A stretch of DNA of 64,000 nt from an uncultured Oscillospiraceae bacterium (GTDB lineage: Bacteria; Bacillota; Clostridia; Oscillospirales; Ruminococcaceae), in NCBI GenBank assembly GCA_910587135.1, contig CAJULF010000006.1, forward strand, positions 8,518-72,517. The letters run 5' to 3'. Under the pieces are notes generated by a model. The model searched no databases and was not told the origin of the DNA. It saw only the letters and a program-made list of their open reading frames with translations. This document shows, one piece after another, positions 8,856-20,374 of this stretch; within the stretch, counting starts at the first letter, position 1, and the number at the start of each line of letters is the position of its first letter. A program made the position numbers and the translations under genes.

Positions 8856-11696
8856 TTGCCAACAAACAAACAGAACAAATATAAGCTCCAGGATACCGCG
8901 AAGGACCTGGGAATAGAGAACAGCGAGCTTATCGAGCTGCTGGATAAAGCGTTCGGAGGAACGCCGAGAAAAGCTCAAAGCTCACTCTCGGTTGACGAGA
9001 TGGAGTACGTTCTTGAAAAGTTCACGAGAATGCACGAGGTGGAGAACGTAACGGCAGAGTTCAGCAGAACCAAGGATATCAAAACGGAAAAATCCGCGGT
9101 AGTGCCGAAGAAAAAAGCCGCCGCCAAAAAGACTAAGAAAGATACCGACGAGGAAAAGGCTAAGGAGGAAAAGTCCGTTAAGGATTCCGCCGAAAGACCC
9201 GAAAAGACGGTAAAAGCAGACAAGGCCGAAAAGCCCGAAAAGTCCGAAAAGTCTGAAAAGTCGGAGAAAAAGGAAAACAAAAAGCCCGAGGTTAAATCCG
9301 AACCGATCTCCGCGGCAGCCGAGCAGGCGAAGCCCGAAACGGCGGAAAAACCGCAGGAAAGCAAGCCTGAGGTCAAGAAAGCCGAGTCCGAGAAAAAGCC
9401 GGAGAAGCAGGAGAACCGCGAGAAGCCCGCTCCCAAGCCCTCGGGAAACAACCGCGACGGCAGGAACGAGCAGCGCGATCAGCGTGAAAAGCCCCGCGAC
9501 AATCGGCGCGACGGACGCGACAACAGGGATAGCAGGGACAACCGCGATATCCGCAGAGATAACCGCGACAACAGGGATAATAAGGACAACCGTGCCGCAA
9601 AGACGGCAGCACAGGCGGTAAAGCCCGCCGCGAAGCCCGCCATAGACAGCAGCAAGATAAAGGTGAATACTCCTCCCGTACATCAGAAATCCAAGGGAGA
9701 GGCTGTTCAGCGCGGTGAGCAGGTTACAAAGACCGTTGATACCAGAGGCAGCTATGTGGAGCTTGATAAGTACAACGAGCGATACGAGAGCATTGCTCCC
9801 GCCACGAAGATGAATAACGACAGCTTCCGCAGCAAGCAGAAGATACAGCAGAAGTCCCAGAAGAAGGGCGGCAAGCAGTATGGCGCAAAGCGTGAAACCG
9901 AAGCGCAGAAGCTTAAAAGGCTGGAGCTGGAGCGCGCGAGGAAGCAGCAGCTCAGGGTGCAGATACCCGATGAGATTACCGTGGGCGAGCTTGCCACAAG
10001 GCTTAAGGCTACTGCCACAGACGTTATCAAGAAGCTGTTCAATCTTGGTGTTATGGCGAGCATCAACGAGGTTATAGATTTTGATACCGCTTCGCTTGTT
10101 GCGGAGGAGCTGGGAGCAAAGGTAGAGAAAGAGATAGTCGTTACCATAGAGGAGCGCTTGTTTGAGGACATCGAGGATAAGCCCGAGGATCTTCTGCCGC
10201 GTTCACCCGTGGTGGTGGTCATGGGTCACGTAGACCACGGAAAGACCTCTATTCTCGACTATATCAGGCAGTCGGGTGTTGCCGCGACAGAAGCGGGCGG
10301 CATTACCCAGCATATCGGCGCGTATAGGGTTCAGGTTGCTGACAGGGATATAACCTTCCTGGATACCCCCGGGCATGAGGCGTTTACCTCAATGAGAGCA
10401 CGCGGCGCGATGATAACGGATATCGCCATATTGGTAGTGGCGGCGGACGACGGCATAATGCCGCAGACCGTGGAAGCTATCAACCACGCAAAGGCTGCGG
10501 GAGTTTCAATAATTGTCGCGATAAACAAGATGGATAAAGAGGGTGCAAACCCCGAAAAGGTAAAGGAAGAGCTTACCAAGTACGACCTCGTCTGCGAGGA
10601 TTGGGGCGGCGACGTTATCTGCGTTCCCGTTTCCGCCAAGACGGGCGCGGGAATGGATACCCTGCTTGAAATGGTGGGACTGACCGCGGACGTTCTGGAG
10701 CTGAAGGCAAATCCCAACAGACTGGCAAAGGGCGCGGTAATAGAAGCGCGTCTGGACAAGAGCAGAGGTCCCATCGCTACCATGCTGGTACAGAACGGTA
10801 CACTGCACACGGGCGATATTATCATCGCGGGTACGGCTGTCGGGCGCGTACGCGTAATGCACGACGATAAGGGCAGAACGGTTACCGAAGCGGGTCCCGC
10901 CGTACCGGTTGAGATAATGGGTCTTGCGGAGGTTCCGTCGGCAGGCGATACGTTTGCGGCGGTAGAGGACGAGAAGCTTGCCCGCGAGCTGGTTGAAAAG
11001 CGCAAGCACGAGGCTAAGGAGGAGCAATTCAAGGCTTATCAGAAGGTTACCCTCGACAATCTCTTCTCCTCTATCGAGCAGGGCGATGTAAAGGAGCTGC
11101 CCATAATCGTAAAGGCGGACGTTCAGGGTTCTGTGGAGGCCGTACGGCAGTCGCTTGAAAAGATAACCAATGAGGAAGTGCGCGTCAGAGTAATTCACGG
11201 CGCTGTGGGCGCGGTAAGCGAGAGCGATGTAATGCTTGCTATGGCTTCGGGCGCTATCATCGTCGGCTTCAACGTAAGACCTCACCCATCCGCGCAGGAG
11301 CACGCGAAGCGCGAGGGCATAGAAGTGCGTCTGTACCGCGTCATCTATGACGCTATCGAGGACATCACCGCGGCTATGAAGGGAATGCTTGCTCCGAAAT
11401 TCCGCGAGGTCGAGCTTGGCAGAGTAGAGGTACGAAATATCTTCAAGATAACAAATGTCGGGATAGTTGCGGGTTCTTATGTGCTTGACGGAAAGGTAGC
11501 ACGAAACGGACAGGTGAGAATAGTGCGCGATGGAATAATTATCGGCGACGATAAAATTGCGGGTCTGCGCCGCTTCAAGGAGGACGTCAAGGAGGTTGCC
11601 GCGGGCTACGAATGCGGTATCAGCCTTGAAAAGTACACCGACATCAAGGAAGGTGACATCTTTGAAGCATATATGATGGAGGAGTACAGAGATTAA
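8856..11696 (+). CDS. infB: Translation initiation factor IF-2
   Basis: GGAGG RBS then TTG 8856; [20 protein letters not shown] motifs; long low-complexity N-terminus. Confidence 0.98.
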   Translation: MPTNKQNKYKLQDTAKDLGIENSELIELLDKAFGGTPRKAQSSLSVDEMEYVLEKFTRMHEVENVTAEFSRTKDIKTEKSAVVPKKKAAAKKTKKDTDEEKAKEEKSVKDSAERPEKTVKADKAEKPEKSEKSEKSEKKENKKPEVKSEPISAAAEQAKPETAEKPQESKPEVKKAESEKKPEKQENREKPAPKPSGNNRDGRNEQRDQREKPRDNRRDGRDNRDSRDNRDIRRDNRDNRDNKDNRAAKTAAQAVKPAAKPAIDSSKIKVNTPPVHQKSKGEAVQRGEQVTKTVDTRGSYVELDKYNERYESIAPATKMNNDSFRSKQKIQQKSQKKGGKQYGAKRETEAQKLKRLELERARKQQLRVQIPDEITVGELATRLKATATDVIKKLFNLGVMASINEVIDFDTASLVAEELGAKVEKEIVVTIEERLFEDIEDKPEDLLPRSPVVVVMGHVDHGKTSILDYIRQSGVAATEAGGITQHIGAYRVQVADRDITFLDTPGHEAFTSMRARGAMITDIAILVVAADDGIMPQTVEAINHAKAAGVSIIVAINKMDKEGANPEKVKEELTKYDLVCEDWGGDVICVPVSAKTGAGMDTLLEMVGLTADVLELKANPNRLAKGAVIEARLDKSRGPIATMLVQNGTLHTGDIIIAGTAVGRVRVMHDDKGRTVTEAGPAVPVEIMGLAEVPSAGDTFAAVEDEKLARELVEKRKHEAKEEQFKAYQKVTLDNLFSSIEQGDVKELPIIVKADVQGSVEAVRQSLEKITNEEVRVRVIHGAVGAVSESDVMLAMASGAIIVGFNVRPHPSAQEHAKREGIEVRLYRVIYDAIEDITAAMKGMLAPKFREVELGRVEVRNIFKITNVGIVAGSYVLDGKVARNGQVRIVRDGIIIGDDKIAGLRRFKEDVKEVAAGYECGISLEKYTDIKEGDIFEAYMMEEYRD

Positions 11697-11711
11697 AATT
11701 GTGTCAGCGGA

Positions 11712-11925
11712 GTGTCGTCGCATCAGAATTTCAAAAAGCCGCGCGTGAAGTTTTGCGCAGCAATCGCGTGATGACTTATGCCATTTTATAGCATTTTGCG
11801 CAAAACTCACCGCATGGCATATGCCGCGCGGTTCTCGCTAAACACGCGCAGTTGAGCGAAGTGCAACGCAGCGGGCTCAGTGAGAATTTTGAAATTCCTT
11901 TTAAATCATTTACTTCTCGTCAACA
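11712..11925 (+). mobile_element. Degenerate copy of the family 1 structured repeat, between infB and rbfA
   Basis: Shares 'gaatttcaaaaag', 'ttttgcgca...tgcgcaaaa', 'aattttgaaatt', 'gtcaac' blocks with 22299-22492 and 61774-62027. Confidence 0.7.
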
Positions 11926-11948
11926 AAGCTTAACAGAAAGGTTTTTTG

Positions 11949-12350
11949 ATGGCTAATTTTAATATAAAAAGACTTAACGAGGATATTAAGCGGGAGATAT
12001 CGGCGGCTGTGGGCGGCGTAAAGGATCCGCGGGTGGCTAAGAATTTCGTGACGGTCACTCACTGTGAGGTCACCAACGATCTGTCCTACTGCAAGGTTAT
12101 GATTGCCTGTATGGGCGGTGAGGATCGTACCGCCAAGGCTGTCGAGGGAATGACGGCGGCGGCGGGCTATTTCAAAAAATGTATTTCCTCACGCATAAGG
12201 GTGAGAAAGATCCCCGAACTTATTTTCCTTGCGGACAATTCGCTGGAATACAGCGAGCATATAGAGGATATCATTGCGGGATTCCATAAGGACGATCAGC
12301 GTGAGAGTGATACTGCGGAGGATACGGAGGAGCATAATGATGACGATTGA
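11949..12350 (+). CDS. rbfA: Ribosome-binding factor A
   Basis: 'VKDPRV...VTVTHCEVTNDLSYCKV', 'RKIPELIF'. Confidence 0.95.
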   Translation: MANFNIKRLNEDIKREISAAVGGVKDPRVAKNFVTVTHCEVTNDLSYCKVMIACMGGEDRTAKAVEGMTAAAGYFKKCISSRIRVRKIPELIFLADNSLEYSEHIEDIIAGFHKDDQRESDTAEDTEEHNDDD

Positions 12351-13302
12351 CGTTGCATACGCGGCGGAATTTCTCAGAGAGAATGACAACTACCTTATTC
12401 TCATGCACGCAAGTCCCGACGGCGACACGCTTGGCTGCGGCTGGGCGCTGTGCAGAACGCTGCGCCGCATGGGAAAAAAGGTTAACGCGGTTTGCCCCGA
12501 CTCCATTCCTCATAAATTCGATTATATGTTCAGAGGACTGTCGGTGCAGGAGTTTGAAACGGAAAATATAATCTGCGTGGACGTTGCGGATACCAAGCTG
12601 CTGGGCGAAATGAAGGAACTGGGTGACAAGGCTGAGCTTTGCATAGACCATCACCTTTCCAACACGCACTACGCAAAAAGGGTGCTGGTGAAGTCCGAGT
12701 ATGCGGCGGCGGCGGAGCTTGTCTACGAGGTCATCTGCGCGCTGGAAACGGATATCGACAGGGATACGGCAAACTGCATCTATACCGGTATCGCCACCGA
12801 TACGGGCTGCTTCAAATACAGCAACACAACGCCGCAGAGCCATATGATAGCTGCGGTGATGATAAAGTGCGGAGCTGAAACCGCCGCTATAAACTACGCT
12901 ATGTTCGACCTGAAAACGCAGGGGCGGCTTCAGTTGGAGCGCGAGGTTCTTAACGGCATAAAGTATTTTGAGGACGGCAAGGTTGCGCTTGTTTCCGTGC
13001 CGCTTTCGATGCTGGAGAACATTCCGGATATCGACAGTGACGACGTGGGCGCGATGTCGGCTCTGCCGCGGCAGATAGAGGGCGTTGAGGTCGGGATAAC
13101 TCTAAAGGAAAAGAAAAGGGGAGTTTTCAAGGCTTCGCTGCGCTCGGGAGAAAATATCAACTGCGCCGAGATATGCATGAAATTCGGCGGCGGCGGTCAT
13201 GAGCGTTCCGCGGGCTGCTCGTTTACAAGCAGCTTTGAAGAAGCGGAAAGGGCTATTGTGGAGGCGTGCTGCGAGGCTGTCCGCAAATTCGGGGCTTTAT
13301 GA
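12337..13302 (+). CDS. nrnA: DHH family phosphoesterase (NrnA-like oligoribonuclease/pAp phosphatase)
   Basis: HASPDGD, IDHH, TDTG, GGGGH motifs. Confidence 0.92.
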   Translation: MMTIDVAYAAEFLRENDNYLILMHASPDGDTLGCGWALCRTLRRMGKKVNAVCPDSIPHKFDYMFRGLSVQEFETENIICVDVADTKLLGEMKELGDKAELCIDHHLSNTHYAKRVLVKSEYAAAAELVYEVICALETDIDRDTANCIYTGIATDTGCFKYSNTTPQSHMIAAVMIKCGAETAAINYAMFDLKTQGRLQLEREVLNGIKYFEDGKVALVSVPLSMLENIPDIDSDDVGAMSALPRQIEGVEVGITLKEKKRGVFKASLRSGENINCAEICMKFGGGGHERSAGCSFTSSFEEAERAIVEACCEAVRKFGAL

Positions 13303-14171
13303 CGGGAATAATTATTGTGGATAAGCCGCAGGAGTTTACCTCCTTTGACGTTGTAGCTGTTATGCGCGGTCTGCTGCACACCAAAAAGGTGGGTCACGGC
13401 GGCACACTGGATCCTATGGCAACAGGTGTTCTGCCTATATTCGCGGGCGGCGCAACGAAGGCTGTCGACATTGTCCCGGATTCGGATAAGAGTTACCGCG
13501 CGGGCTTCGCGCTCGGATATAAAAGCGATACGCTGGATATATGGGGAAATGTTACGGGGAGCGGCATGGCAGCTGTTACGACAGCCATGCTTGAAAAGGC
13601 TTTGGAGAAGTTCCGAGGAGATATAATGCAGATTCCCCCCATGTATTCCGCCCTGAAGGTCGGCGGACAGAAGCTCTGCGACCTTGCGCGCAAAGGCATC
13701 GAGGTGGAACGCAAGCCCCGTCCGATACGTATCACGCGACTGGAGCGCGTCGAGTTTGACGGGCAAAAGGGAGTTATTGAAGTCGACTGCTCGGCGGGGA
13801 CTTATATCAGAACGCTTATAGACGATATAGGCGCGGAGCTGGGCACGGGAGCTGTCATGACAAGCCTTGTGAGAACGAGAGCCTGTGGGTTTGATATCTC
13901 GCAAAGTCTGCCGTTGAATACTTTAAAGGAAATGAGCTATGAGGAGCTTTGCGGGAAGATACTCCCTGTGGAGAGCGTTTTTTCGGGGCTTTCGCGCATA
14001 GAGCTTGACGAAACACAGAAGCGGCTCTATCTTAACGGTGTGCGGCTCGATACGGACAGGCTCTCCTCAAAGCCGCCCGAAAACGAGTTTTGCGCCGTTT
14101 TCGGCGGGGAGTTCCTTGGGGTCGCGAGAGCGACGGGCGGAGAGCTTGTTTCGGTCAAGAGATTTTCATAA
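13299..14171 (+). CDS. truB: tRNA pseudouridine(55) synthase
   Basis: KVGHGGTLDPMATGVL, PPMYSALK, GTYIR. Confidence 0.96.
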   Translation: MTGIIIVDKPQEFTSFDVVAVMRGLLHTKKVGHGGTLDPMATGVLPIFAGGATKAVDIVPDSDKSYRAGFALGYKSDTLDIWGNVTGSGMAAVTTAMLEKALEKFRGDIMQIPPMYSALKVGGQKLCDLARKGIEVERKPRPIRITRLERVEFDGQKGVIEVDCSAGTYIRTLIDDIGAELGTGAVMTSLVRTRACGFDISQSLPLNTLKEMSYEELCGKILPVESVFSGLSRIELDETQKRLYLNGVRLDTDRLSSKPPENEFCAVFGGEFLGVARATGGELVSVKRFS

Positions 14172-14191
14172 AAAGACGGTGGTAACAGACA

Positions 14192-15094
14192 TTGATTGAT
14201 ATAACATACAACGGCATGATACCCGGGAAAACTGCGGTCGCGCTGGGATATTTCGACGGGCTTCACTTAGGTCATCTGGGTGTTATCCGCGCTGCTCTTT
14301 CCCAGGAAGGGCTAAGCTCGGCGGTCTTTACGTTTAACTGCGACACCACCCTGCCCAAATTCAAAAATCCCGAGGATATAATTTCCTTTGAGAACAAGAG
14401 GGAGCTGTTGAGCCGCGTCGGAGTGAACTATCTCTATGCGCCCGATTTCGCGGAGGTATGCGGGCTGACAGCGGAAGAATTTGTTTCGGAGATACTTGTA
14501 AAGCGGCTTAATGCGGGCTACGCCTGCTGCGGGACAAATTTCCGCTTCGGCAGGAACGGCAGCGGCACGCCCGGGCTTCTCGCGGAAATAGGCGCGAGGT
14601 ATGATATGCGCGCCGAAACAGTTCCGGACGTGTGCCACAACAGAGTTATGATAAGCTCCACGCATATACGCGAGCTTATCCGCGGCGGGAACGTCGAGGA
14701 GGCTAACACGCTTCTCGGCTACGAGCTGTGGTACAGACTGCCGGTGGTGCGGGGGAACGAGATAGGCGGACGGCTGCTCTCCTTTCCCACGATAAACCAG
14801 ATTATTCCGGAAACTAACGTTATCCCGCGTTTCGGCGTGTACAAGAGCTTTGTGCAGCTTGACAAGCGTAATTACCGCGGGGTCACGAATATCGGGGTAA
14901 AGCCCACGATAGAGAACCGCCGCGACGGGGACGGAGTGGTCATGGAAACACATATAATCGGCTTTGACGGCGATTTGTACGGTCAGAACGTTTCGGTGTC
15001 GCTGTGCGGATTTATCCGCCCCGAGCGGAAGTTCCCAGATTTAGAGGAGCTTAAAAAACAGATAGCCGCGGACAAGGAACTGGCGATGAATTAA
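14192..15094 (+). CDS. ribF: Bifunctional riboflavin kinase/FAD synthetase
   Basis: GYFDGLHLGH, ISSTHIR, FPTIN, NIGVKPT; TTG start. Confidence 0.95.
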   Translation: MIDITYNGMIPGKTAVALGYFDGLHLGHLGVIRAALSQEGLSSAVFTFNCDTTLPKFKNPEDIISFENKRELLSRVGVNYLYAPDFAEVCGLTAEEFVSEILVKRLNAGYACCGTNFRFGRNGSGTPGLLAEIGARYDMRAETVPDVCHNRVMISSTHIRELIRGGNVEEANTLLGYELWYRLPVVRGNEIGGRLLSFPTINQIIPETNVIPRFGVYKSFVQLDKRNYRGVTNIGVKPTIENRRDGDGVVMETHIIGFDGDLYGQNVSVSLCGFIRPERKFPDLEELKKQIAADKELAMN

Positions 15095-15100
15095 AGCGCC

Positions 15101-15193
15101 GAGCGACCTGAAAACCGTCAATACAGTCAAGGTCAGCCCCAAAACCGAGCGATACAGCTCGGAACGACCTGAAAATCAAGCGTTCAAAGCAGC
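15101..15193. repeat. Degenerate ~31-bp tandem repeat, about 3 copies
   Basis: gagcgacctgaaaaccgtcaatacag / ...ccccaaaaccgagcgatacag / gaacgacctgaaaatcaagcg. Confidence 0.45.
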
Positions 15194-15212
15194 GCTAAAA
15201 AAGATAAACATT

Positions 15213-15300
15213 GCGACCGCGCAGGAAATTTTCCGCGAGAGCTTGCGGAAACGGAGCGGATTTTTTGCGGGCGGGTCGCGGAAAAATTTTTTTAAATCAA
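15213..15300 (+). repeat. Structured 5'UTR repeat upstream of gltX
   Basis: Reverse complement resembles 25872-25960 (ccgcgacccg.ccgcaaaaa...gctccgttt...ctc.cgcg.aaaattt). Confidence 0.65.
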
Positions 15301-15337
15301 TATTTTTAACTTAAAAAACGGAAAGGAAGATTAGATA

Positions 15338-16792
15338 ATGAATACAGTCAGAACCCGTTTTGCCCCCAGTCCTACGGGGTATATGCATATAGGCAATCTG
15401 CGCACGGCGCTTTACACTTATCTGCTGGCGAAGAAGAACGGCGGAAAGTTTATTCTCAGGATAGAGGACACAGACAGGGAGCGCTATGTTGAGGGCGCGG
15501 TAGATGTTATATATAAGACGCTGCGTGACTGCGGGCTTAACTGGGACGAGGGTCCCGACGTAGGCGGCGAGTACGGTCCCTATGTACAGAGTGAGCGCAT
15601 GGGAATGTTCAAGGAATATGCGGAGAAGCTTGTGGAAAACGGTCACGCGTACCGCTGCTTCTGCACCAAGGAGCGGCTTGAGGAGCTTAGCGCGGTTCAG
15701 AAGGCAAGCAATATCTCTCCCATGTATGACCGCCATTGCCGTAATCTCTCCAAGGAGGAGACAGACGCTAATCTCGCGGCGGGAGTTCCTTATGTTATCC
15801 GGCAGGCTATTCCTACCGATGGCAGCACCACTTTCCACGATGAGATTTACGGCGATATTACGGTGGAAAATTCCATACTGGACGACCAGGTGCTTATCAA
15901 GCAGGACGGAATGCCGACCTATAATTTCGCGAACGTTGTAGACGACCACACTATGGCTATAACCCACGTTGTAAGGGGCAACGAATACCTGTCCTCCGCG
16001 CCGAAATACGAGCTGCTGTACAAGGCGTTCGGTTGGGAATCTCCCACATACGTTCATGTTGAGCATATCATGAAAGACGCGCACCACAAGCTGGCTAAGC
16101 GTGACGGCGACGCGTCGTTCCAGGACCTGCTGGACAAGGGCTATATGACCGAGGCTATATTGAATTATATTCTGCTGCTGGGCTGGGCGCCCAAGGGCGA
16201 AAAGGAGATATTCTCGCTAAATGAGATGATAGAGGAGTTTGACCTTGACGGAATTTCCAAATCTCCCGCGATATTCGACCCGCAGAAGCTAAAGGCGATC
16301 AACGCGCATTATGTGAGAGCGCTGCCCTCCGATGAATTCGCGAAAATAGCCGTGCCGTATATCAGGCAGACCTGCAAGCGCGGCGATATTGACATGGAGC
16401 TGCTATGTAATGTTCTGCAGCCCCGCGCGGAGCTGTTCACCGATATACCGGAGCAGGTTGATTTCATAGACAGCCTGCCCGAATACGATATCGCGCTGTA
16501 TAACAACAAGAAGATGAAGACCAACGCCGAGACCTCGCTTGACGCGCTGAAGAAGATACTCCCCGTGCTGGAGGGTCTGGAGAATTTCACGCAGGAGAGC
16601 GTTCACGACGAGCTTTTCAGGCTGATAGAGCAAGAGGGTGTAAAGAACGGGGTTATCCTTTTCCCTCTTCGCGTGGCTCTCAGCGGAAAGCAGTTCACCC
16701 CGGGCGGCGGCGTGGAGCTTGCTGTTATTCTGGGCAAGCAGGACAGCATTGCGCGCATTAAAAAGGGAATAGAGCTTTTAGAGAATGTATAG
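15338..16792 (+). CDS. gltX: Glutamate--tRNA ligase
   Basis: [23 protein letters not shown]. Confidence 0.97.
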   Translation: MNTVRTRFAPSPTGYMHIGNLRTALYTYLLAKKNGGKFILRIEDTDRERYVEGAVDVIYKTLRDCGLNWDEGPDVGGEYGPYVQSERMGMFKEYAEKLVENGHAYRCFCTKERLEELSAVQKASNISPMYDRHCRNLSKEETDANLAAGVPYVIRQAIPTDGSTTFHDEIYGDITVENSILDDQVLIKQDGMPTYNFANVVDDHTMAITHVVRGNEYLSSAPKYELLYKAFGWESPTYVHVEHIMKDAHHKLAKRDGDASFQDLLDKGYMTEAILNYILLLGWAPKGEKEIFSLNEMIEEFDLDGISKSPAIFDPQKLKAINAHYVRALPSDEFAKIAVPYIRQTCKRGDIDMELLCNVLQPRAELFTDIPEQVDFIDSLPEYDIALYNNKKMKTNAETSLDALKKILPVLEGLENFTQESVHDELFRLIEQEGVKNGVILFPLRVALSGKQFTPGGGVELAVILGKQDSIARIKKGIELLENV

Positions 16793-16914
16793 AGAGTTTT
16801 CAGAAAGGCTTCACCTTTTTATCACGGGCAGGCGGTAAAATTATAATGGATATTTGAGAGCTTACAGAGCAAAATCCGCGCGGGTAATGGCACGCGCAAA
16901 TACGCGGAGCGCAG

Positions 16915-17078
16915 CGCCCGCGCAGGAATTTTTTGCGGCAGCCGAAGCGCGCAATATGGAGCAACGTTTTGCGCGGCGATCGTGTGGGTGCTTATGCGTT
17001 TGTGATATTTTGCGCAAAACTCTGAGGAGTGTTGCGTATGCGGGTGTGCCGTGAAAATTTCAAATCTAAATCAGGAGG
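16915..17078 (+). repeat. Structured 5'UTR repeat upstream of the ABC operon
   Basis: gaattttttgcggc...gccgtgaaaattt basal stem, ttttgcgc/tgcgcaaaa module; ends 'aaatcaggagg' as at 36948-36958. Confidence 0.6.
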
Positions 17079-17080
17079 GC

Positions 17081-18049
17081 ATGATGATCGAGGTTAAAAA
17101 TCTCTGCAAAAACTACGGAAACAAGCAGGCGGTCAATAATATCAGCTTTTCCGCGGCAGAGAGCGAAATACTGGGCTTTCTCGGACCTAACGGAGCGGGA
17201 AAATCCACCACTATGAACATACTTACGGGATATCTCTCGTCGTCGGGCGGTGAAGCGCTGATAAACGGCGTTGATATACTTGAAGACCCCGTCGCGGCAA
17301 AAAAGGATATAGGCTATCTTCCCGAGCAGCCGCCGCTGTATCTTGATATGACGGTGGATGAGTACCTCGGGTTCGTGTACTCGCTGAAAAAGTGCAGGCT
17401 GCCCAAAAAGTCGCACCTTGACGAGATATGCGGTCTTGTGAAGATAACCGACGTACGCGGCAGAGTGATACGTAATCTGTCAAAGGGATATCGTCAGCGT
17501 GTGGGGCTGGCTCAGGCGCTGGTGGGAAATCCCAAGGTGCTGATACTGGACGAGCCCACGGTAGGACTTGACCCGAAGCAGATAATAGAGATAAGAACAC
17601 TGATAAAGCGGCTCGGAAAGAATCATACGGTGATTTTATCATCGCATATTCTGTCGGAGGTTCAGGCGGTCTGCGACAGGATAGTGGTTATAGATAAGGG
17701 AAAGCTCGTAGCGAACGATACCGCGGAGCATCTTTCGCATAACCTTTCCGCGGATCATAAGCTCACCGTGCAGATAGAGGGACCCGCCAAAGAGGTGCAG
17801 TCGCTGCTCAGCGGAATTCCCGATATGGTGGAGGTGCATTTGAACCGCACCGTTGAGAAGAACGTTACGGAATACGAGCTTAATGCCAAAGAGGGCGCGG
17901 ATATCCGCCGCGAGGTGTTCAAGCGCATGGCGTCACGGAATTATCCCATTCTGCTTATGCGCAGCAGCGAGCTTACGCTTGAGGAGATCTTCCTTAAGCT
18001 TACCACAGGCGATTTTTACGGAAATATCGAGAACGGAGCGAAGAAATGA
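17081..18049 (+). CDS. ABC transporter ATP-binding protein (GldA-like)
   Basis: GPNGAGKST, LSKGYRQR, ILDEPT. Confidence 0.93.
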   Translation: MMIEVKNLCKNYGNKQAVNNISFSAAESEILGFLGPNGAGKSTTMNILTGYLSSSGGEALINGVDILEDPVAAKKDIGYLPEQPPLYLDMTVDEYLGFVYSLKKCRLPKKSHLDEICGLVKITDVRGRVIRNLSKGYRQRVGLAQALVGNPKVLILDEPTVGLDPKQIIEIRTLIKRLGKNHTVILSSHILSEVQAVCDRIVVIDKGKLVANDTAEHLSHNLSADHKLTVQIEGPAKEVQSLLSGIPDMVEVHLNRTVEKNVTEYELNAKEGADIRREVFKRMASRNYPILLMRSSELTLEEIFLKLTTGDFYGNIENGAKK

Positions 18050-18765
18050 CAGCGATACTGAAACGCGAGTTTGCGTCCTATTTCACCTCGCCGCTGGGAT
18101 ATGTTTATCTGGCGGTGTTTTATGGGTTTTCGGGACTTTTTTTGTGGCTGACCTGTCTTACCACAGGCTCGGCGAGCCTTTCAAGCACCTTTTTGTGGAT
18201 GTTTTTTATAATGATGATACTTATCCCTGTGCTTACCATGAGGACTATGGCGGACGATAAGCGCCAGAAGACCGATCAGCTCACGCTCACAAGCCCAATC
18301 AGCCTTTTCGGACTGGTGGCGGGGAAGTTCCTGGCGGCGTTTTTGATATTCCTTATCGGAGCGCTGATAATGCTGATCTACGCGGTGTTTCTTTCCGTTG
18401 CGGTAGGAAACGCGGGCAACGTTTTCGGCTGGGCTTCTGTGTGGGGAAATTTTGTCGGAATAATCCTGATGGGCGGAGTATTTATTTCCGCGGGAATATT
18501 TATCTCGGGACTGACGGAAAATCAGATGATAGCCGCTATCGGAAGCATTGGCGCGAATATATTGCTATGCCTTTTTGATATTATTTCTGGATACGTTCCG
18601 GTGCAGTGGCTTAGCGACATTATCAATTCGCTGTCGGTATTTTACAAGTATCGGGAGTTCACCTACGGCATTTTCAGTCTTAAGAATATTCTGTTTTTCT
18701 TAAGCCTTATTGTCATATTCAACTTTCTGACGATGCGCGTTATAGAACGCCGCCGCTGGAGCTGA
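18046..18765 (+). CDS. ABC-2 type permease (GldF-like)
   Basis: About six hydrophobic segments; 'LTMRTMADDKRQKTDQL'; ATGA overlap. Confidence 0.88.
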   Translation: MTAILKREFASYFTSPLGYVYLAVFYGFSGLFLWLTCLTTGSASLSSTFLWMFFIMMILIPVLTMRTMADDKRQKTDQLTLTSPISLFGLVAGKFLAAFLIFLIGALIMLIYAVFLSVAVGNAGNVFGWASVWGNFVGIILMGGVFISAGIFISGLTENQMIAAIGSIGANILLCLFDIISGYVPVQWLSDIINSLSVFYKYREFTYGIFSLKNILFFLSLIVIFNFLTMRVIERRRWS

Positions 18766-18781
18766 GAAAGGACGTGAACCA

Positions 18782-20374
18782 ATGAGTAATGATAAAATGA
18801 CTGAAAATATAGACGTTGAAAAGTCCAAAGAAGCCGATACTCCTGTGAACACGGAGAGCGCCGCCGAAAATAAGAGCGCAAATCGTGAAAAGCCGCATAA
18901 AGGCAGAAAGTTCAACGCCCGCTCTTTTAAGCGGGGAACTATGTCGGTGGTGCTTACGGTGGTATTCATCGCCGCGGTTGTGGTCGTCAACGTTATTGTG
19001 GGATTGATATCCGAGCGTTTTGATACTACGGCTGACTTGACGGATTCGGGCATCTATTCGCTTGAGGAGAACACCGAAAAGTATCTTGCGGAGCAGCTTA
19101 CAAGCGACGTGAGCTTCACGGTGCTCACCCCCGAAACGGAGTTTGAATCCCGCAACACAGCCTATAAACAGGTAAACGAGCTGCTGAAAAAGATGGAGAT
19201 GGCAAGTTCCCATATCTCGCTCAATTACCTTGATCTGAACCAGAATCCGAATTATACATCACAGTTCAAATCCGAAACTCTCTCGACGGATTATATCGTT
19301 GTGGAGAGCGCCGTGACAGGCAGGCACAGGATCATAAGCCCTATGGAATACTTCCTTTTTAACGAGGAATATCTATATTATTACGGCAGACAGGTGGTCG
19401 AAGGCTCTAATATCGAGCAGGCGGCGGTGTCGGCTATGATGTACGTTTCAAACGAGGATCTGGTAAGAGTAGCGTTCACCGAGGGCTATGGGGAGCAGGA
19501 CAGCTCCGCGCTTCAGACGCTGCTCACAAGAAACGGCTACGAGGTGGAGCAGCTCAATCTCACCACAACGGGTGAAATTGACGGCGACATAGATTTTGTG
19601 GTGATGTTCGCTCCCTCCATGGACGTGGATAACGAGCACCTTGCCAAGCTTGACAGGTTTCTTGACAACGGCGGCGCGTTCGGCAAAAATCTTCTTTATT
19701 TCGCGTCCGCGGAGCAGCCTCAGACTCCCAACATTGAGGAGTTCCTCAACGACTGGGGTATGTCGGTGGGATATTCCGTTGTCGGACAGAGCGATATGAA
19801 CTATCTTATCAGCCAATACACAGCATATGCACATTTGCAGCAGATCTGCGACACTCCTTACGCGGGCAGCGCTTATGGCTCGCAGCTGTATTACTACGGC
19901 GCGAATATGCGCCCCATAATGCAGATATGGGGTGACGATTCCCGCGGCGGAGTGGAGCAGAAGGTGCTTATTCAGACCTACGACAACGCGTTTTTGTTCC
20001 CGTTGGATATCGATGGGGAATTCAACGTCGATACCGCCGAAAGCGGAGTGTTCAGCGACGCGGTAGCCGCATACAGGGTACACTCCACCACACAGGAGAT
20101 AAGCACAGTTGCGGCGTTCGGCTCATATCAGATGGCTGACGCGGGCTTTATGTCCATGAGCAACGGCAGCAACGCCGATTTCTTTATCAACGTGTTTAAC
20201 TATATTTCCGGCAAGGAGGACAGCATCACCATAAAATCCAAGTCCTTCAGCAACGTTACCTTTGACATGAACGTGCAGACCTCAACCGTTCTCGGTATTG
20301 TGCTTTGCATAGTCGTGCCGATAGTGGTCGTTGTGCTGGGTATCGTTATCTGGGTACGCAGGAGGCACAGATAA
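18782..20374 (+). CDS. GldG-family ABC auxiliary membrane protein
   Basis: N- and C-terminal TM helices, 'DLTDSGIYSL', 'FTEGYGE', C-terminal 'WVRRRHR'. Confidence 0.82.
   Translation: MSNDKMTENIDVEKSKEADTPVNTESAAENKSANREKPHKGRKFNARSFKRGTMSVVLTVVFIAAVVVVNVIVGLISERFDTTADLTDSGIYSLEENTEKYLAEQLTSDVSFTVLTPETEFESRNTAYKQVNELLKKMEMASSHISLNYLDLNQNPNYTSQFKSETLSTDYIVVESAVTGRHRIISPMEYFLFNEEYLYYYGRQVVEGSNIEQAAVSAMMYVSNEDLVRVAFTEGYGEQDSSALQTLLTRNGYEVEQLNLTTTGEIDGDIDFVVMFAPSMDVDNEHLAKLDRFLDNGGAFGKNLLYFASAEQPQTPNIEEFLNDWGMSVGYSVVGQSDMNYLISQYTAYAHLQQICDTPYAGSAYGSQLYYYGANMRPIMQIWGDDSRGGVEQKVLIQTYDNAFLFPLDIDGEFNVDTAESGVFSDAVAAYRVHSTTQEISTVAAFGSYQMADAGFMSMSNGSNADFFINVFNYISGKEDSITIKSKSFSNVTFDMNVQTSTVLGIVLCIVVPIVVVVLGIVIWVRRRHR

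Noticed and set aside
10506..11810. Long antisense ORFs (also 39666-40880, 44256-45350, 30743-31843, 33899-34846)
   Set aside because: Shadows of well-supported genes on the opposite strand, without RBS or recognisable motifs
15101..15193. Possible mini-CRISPR or iteron set
   Set aside because: Only about three poorly conserved units, no spacers and no rep gene
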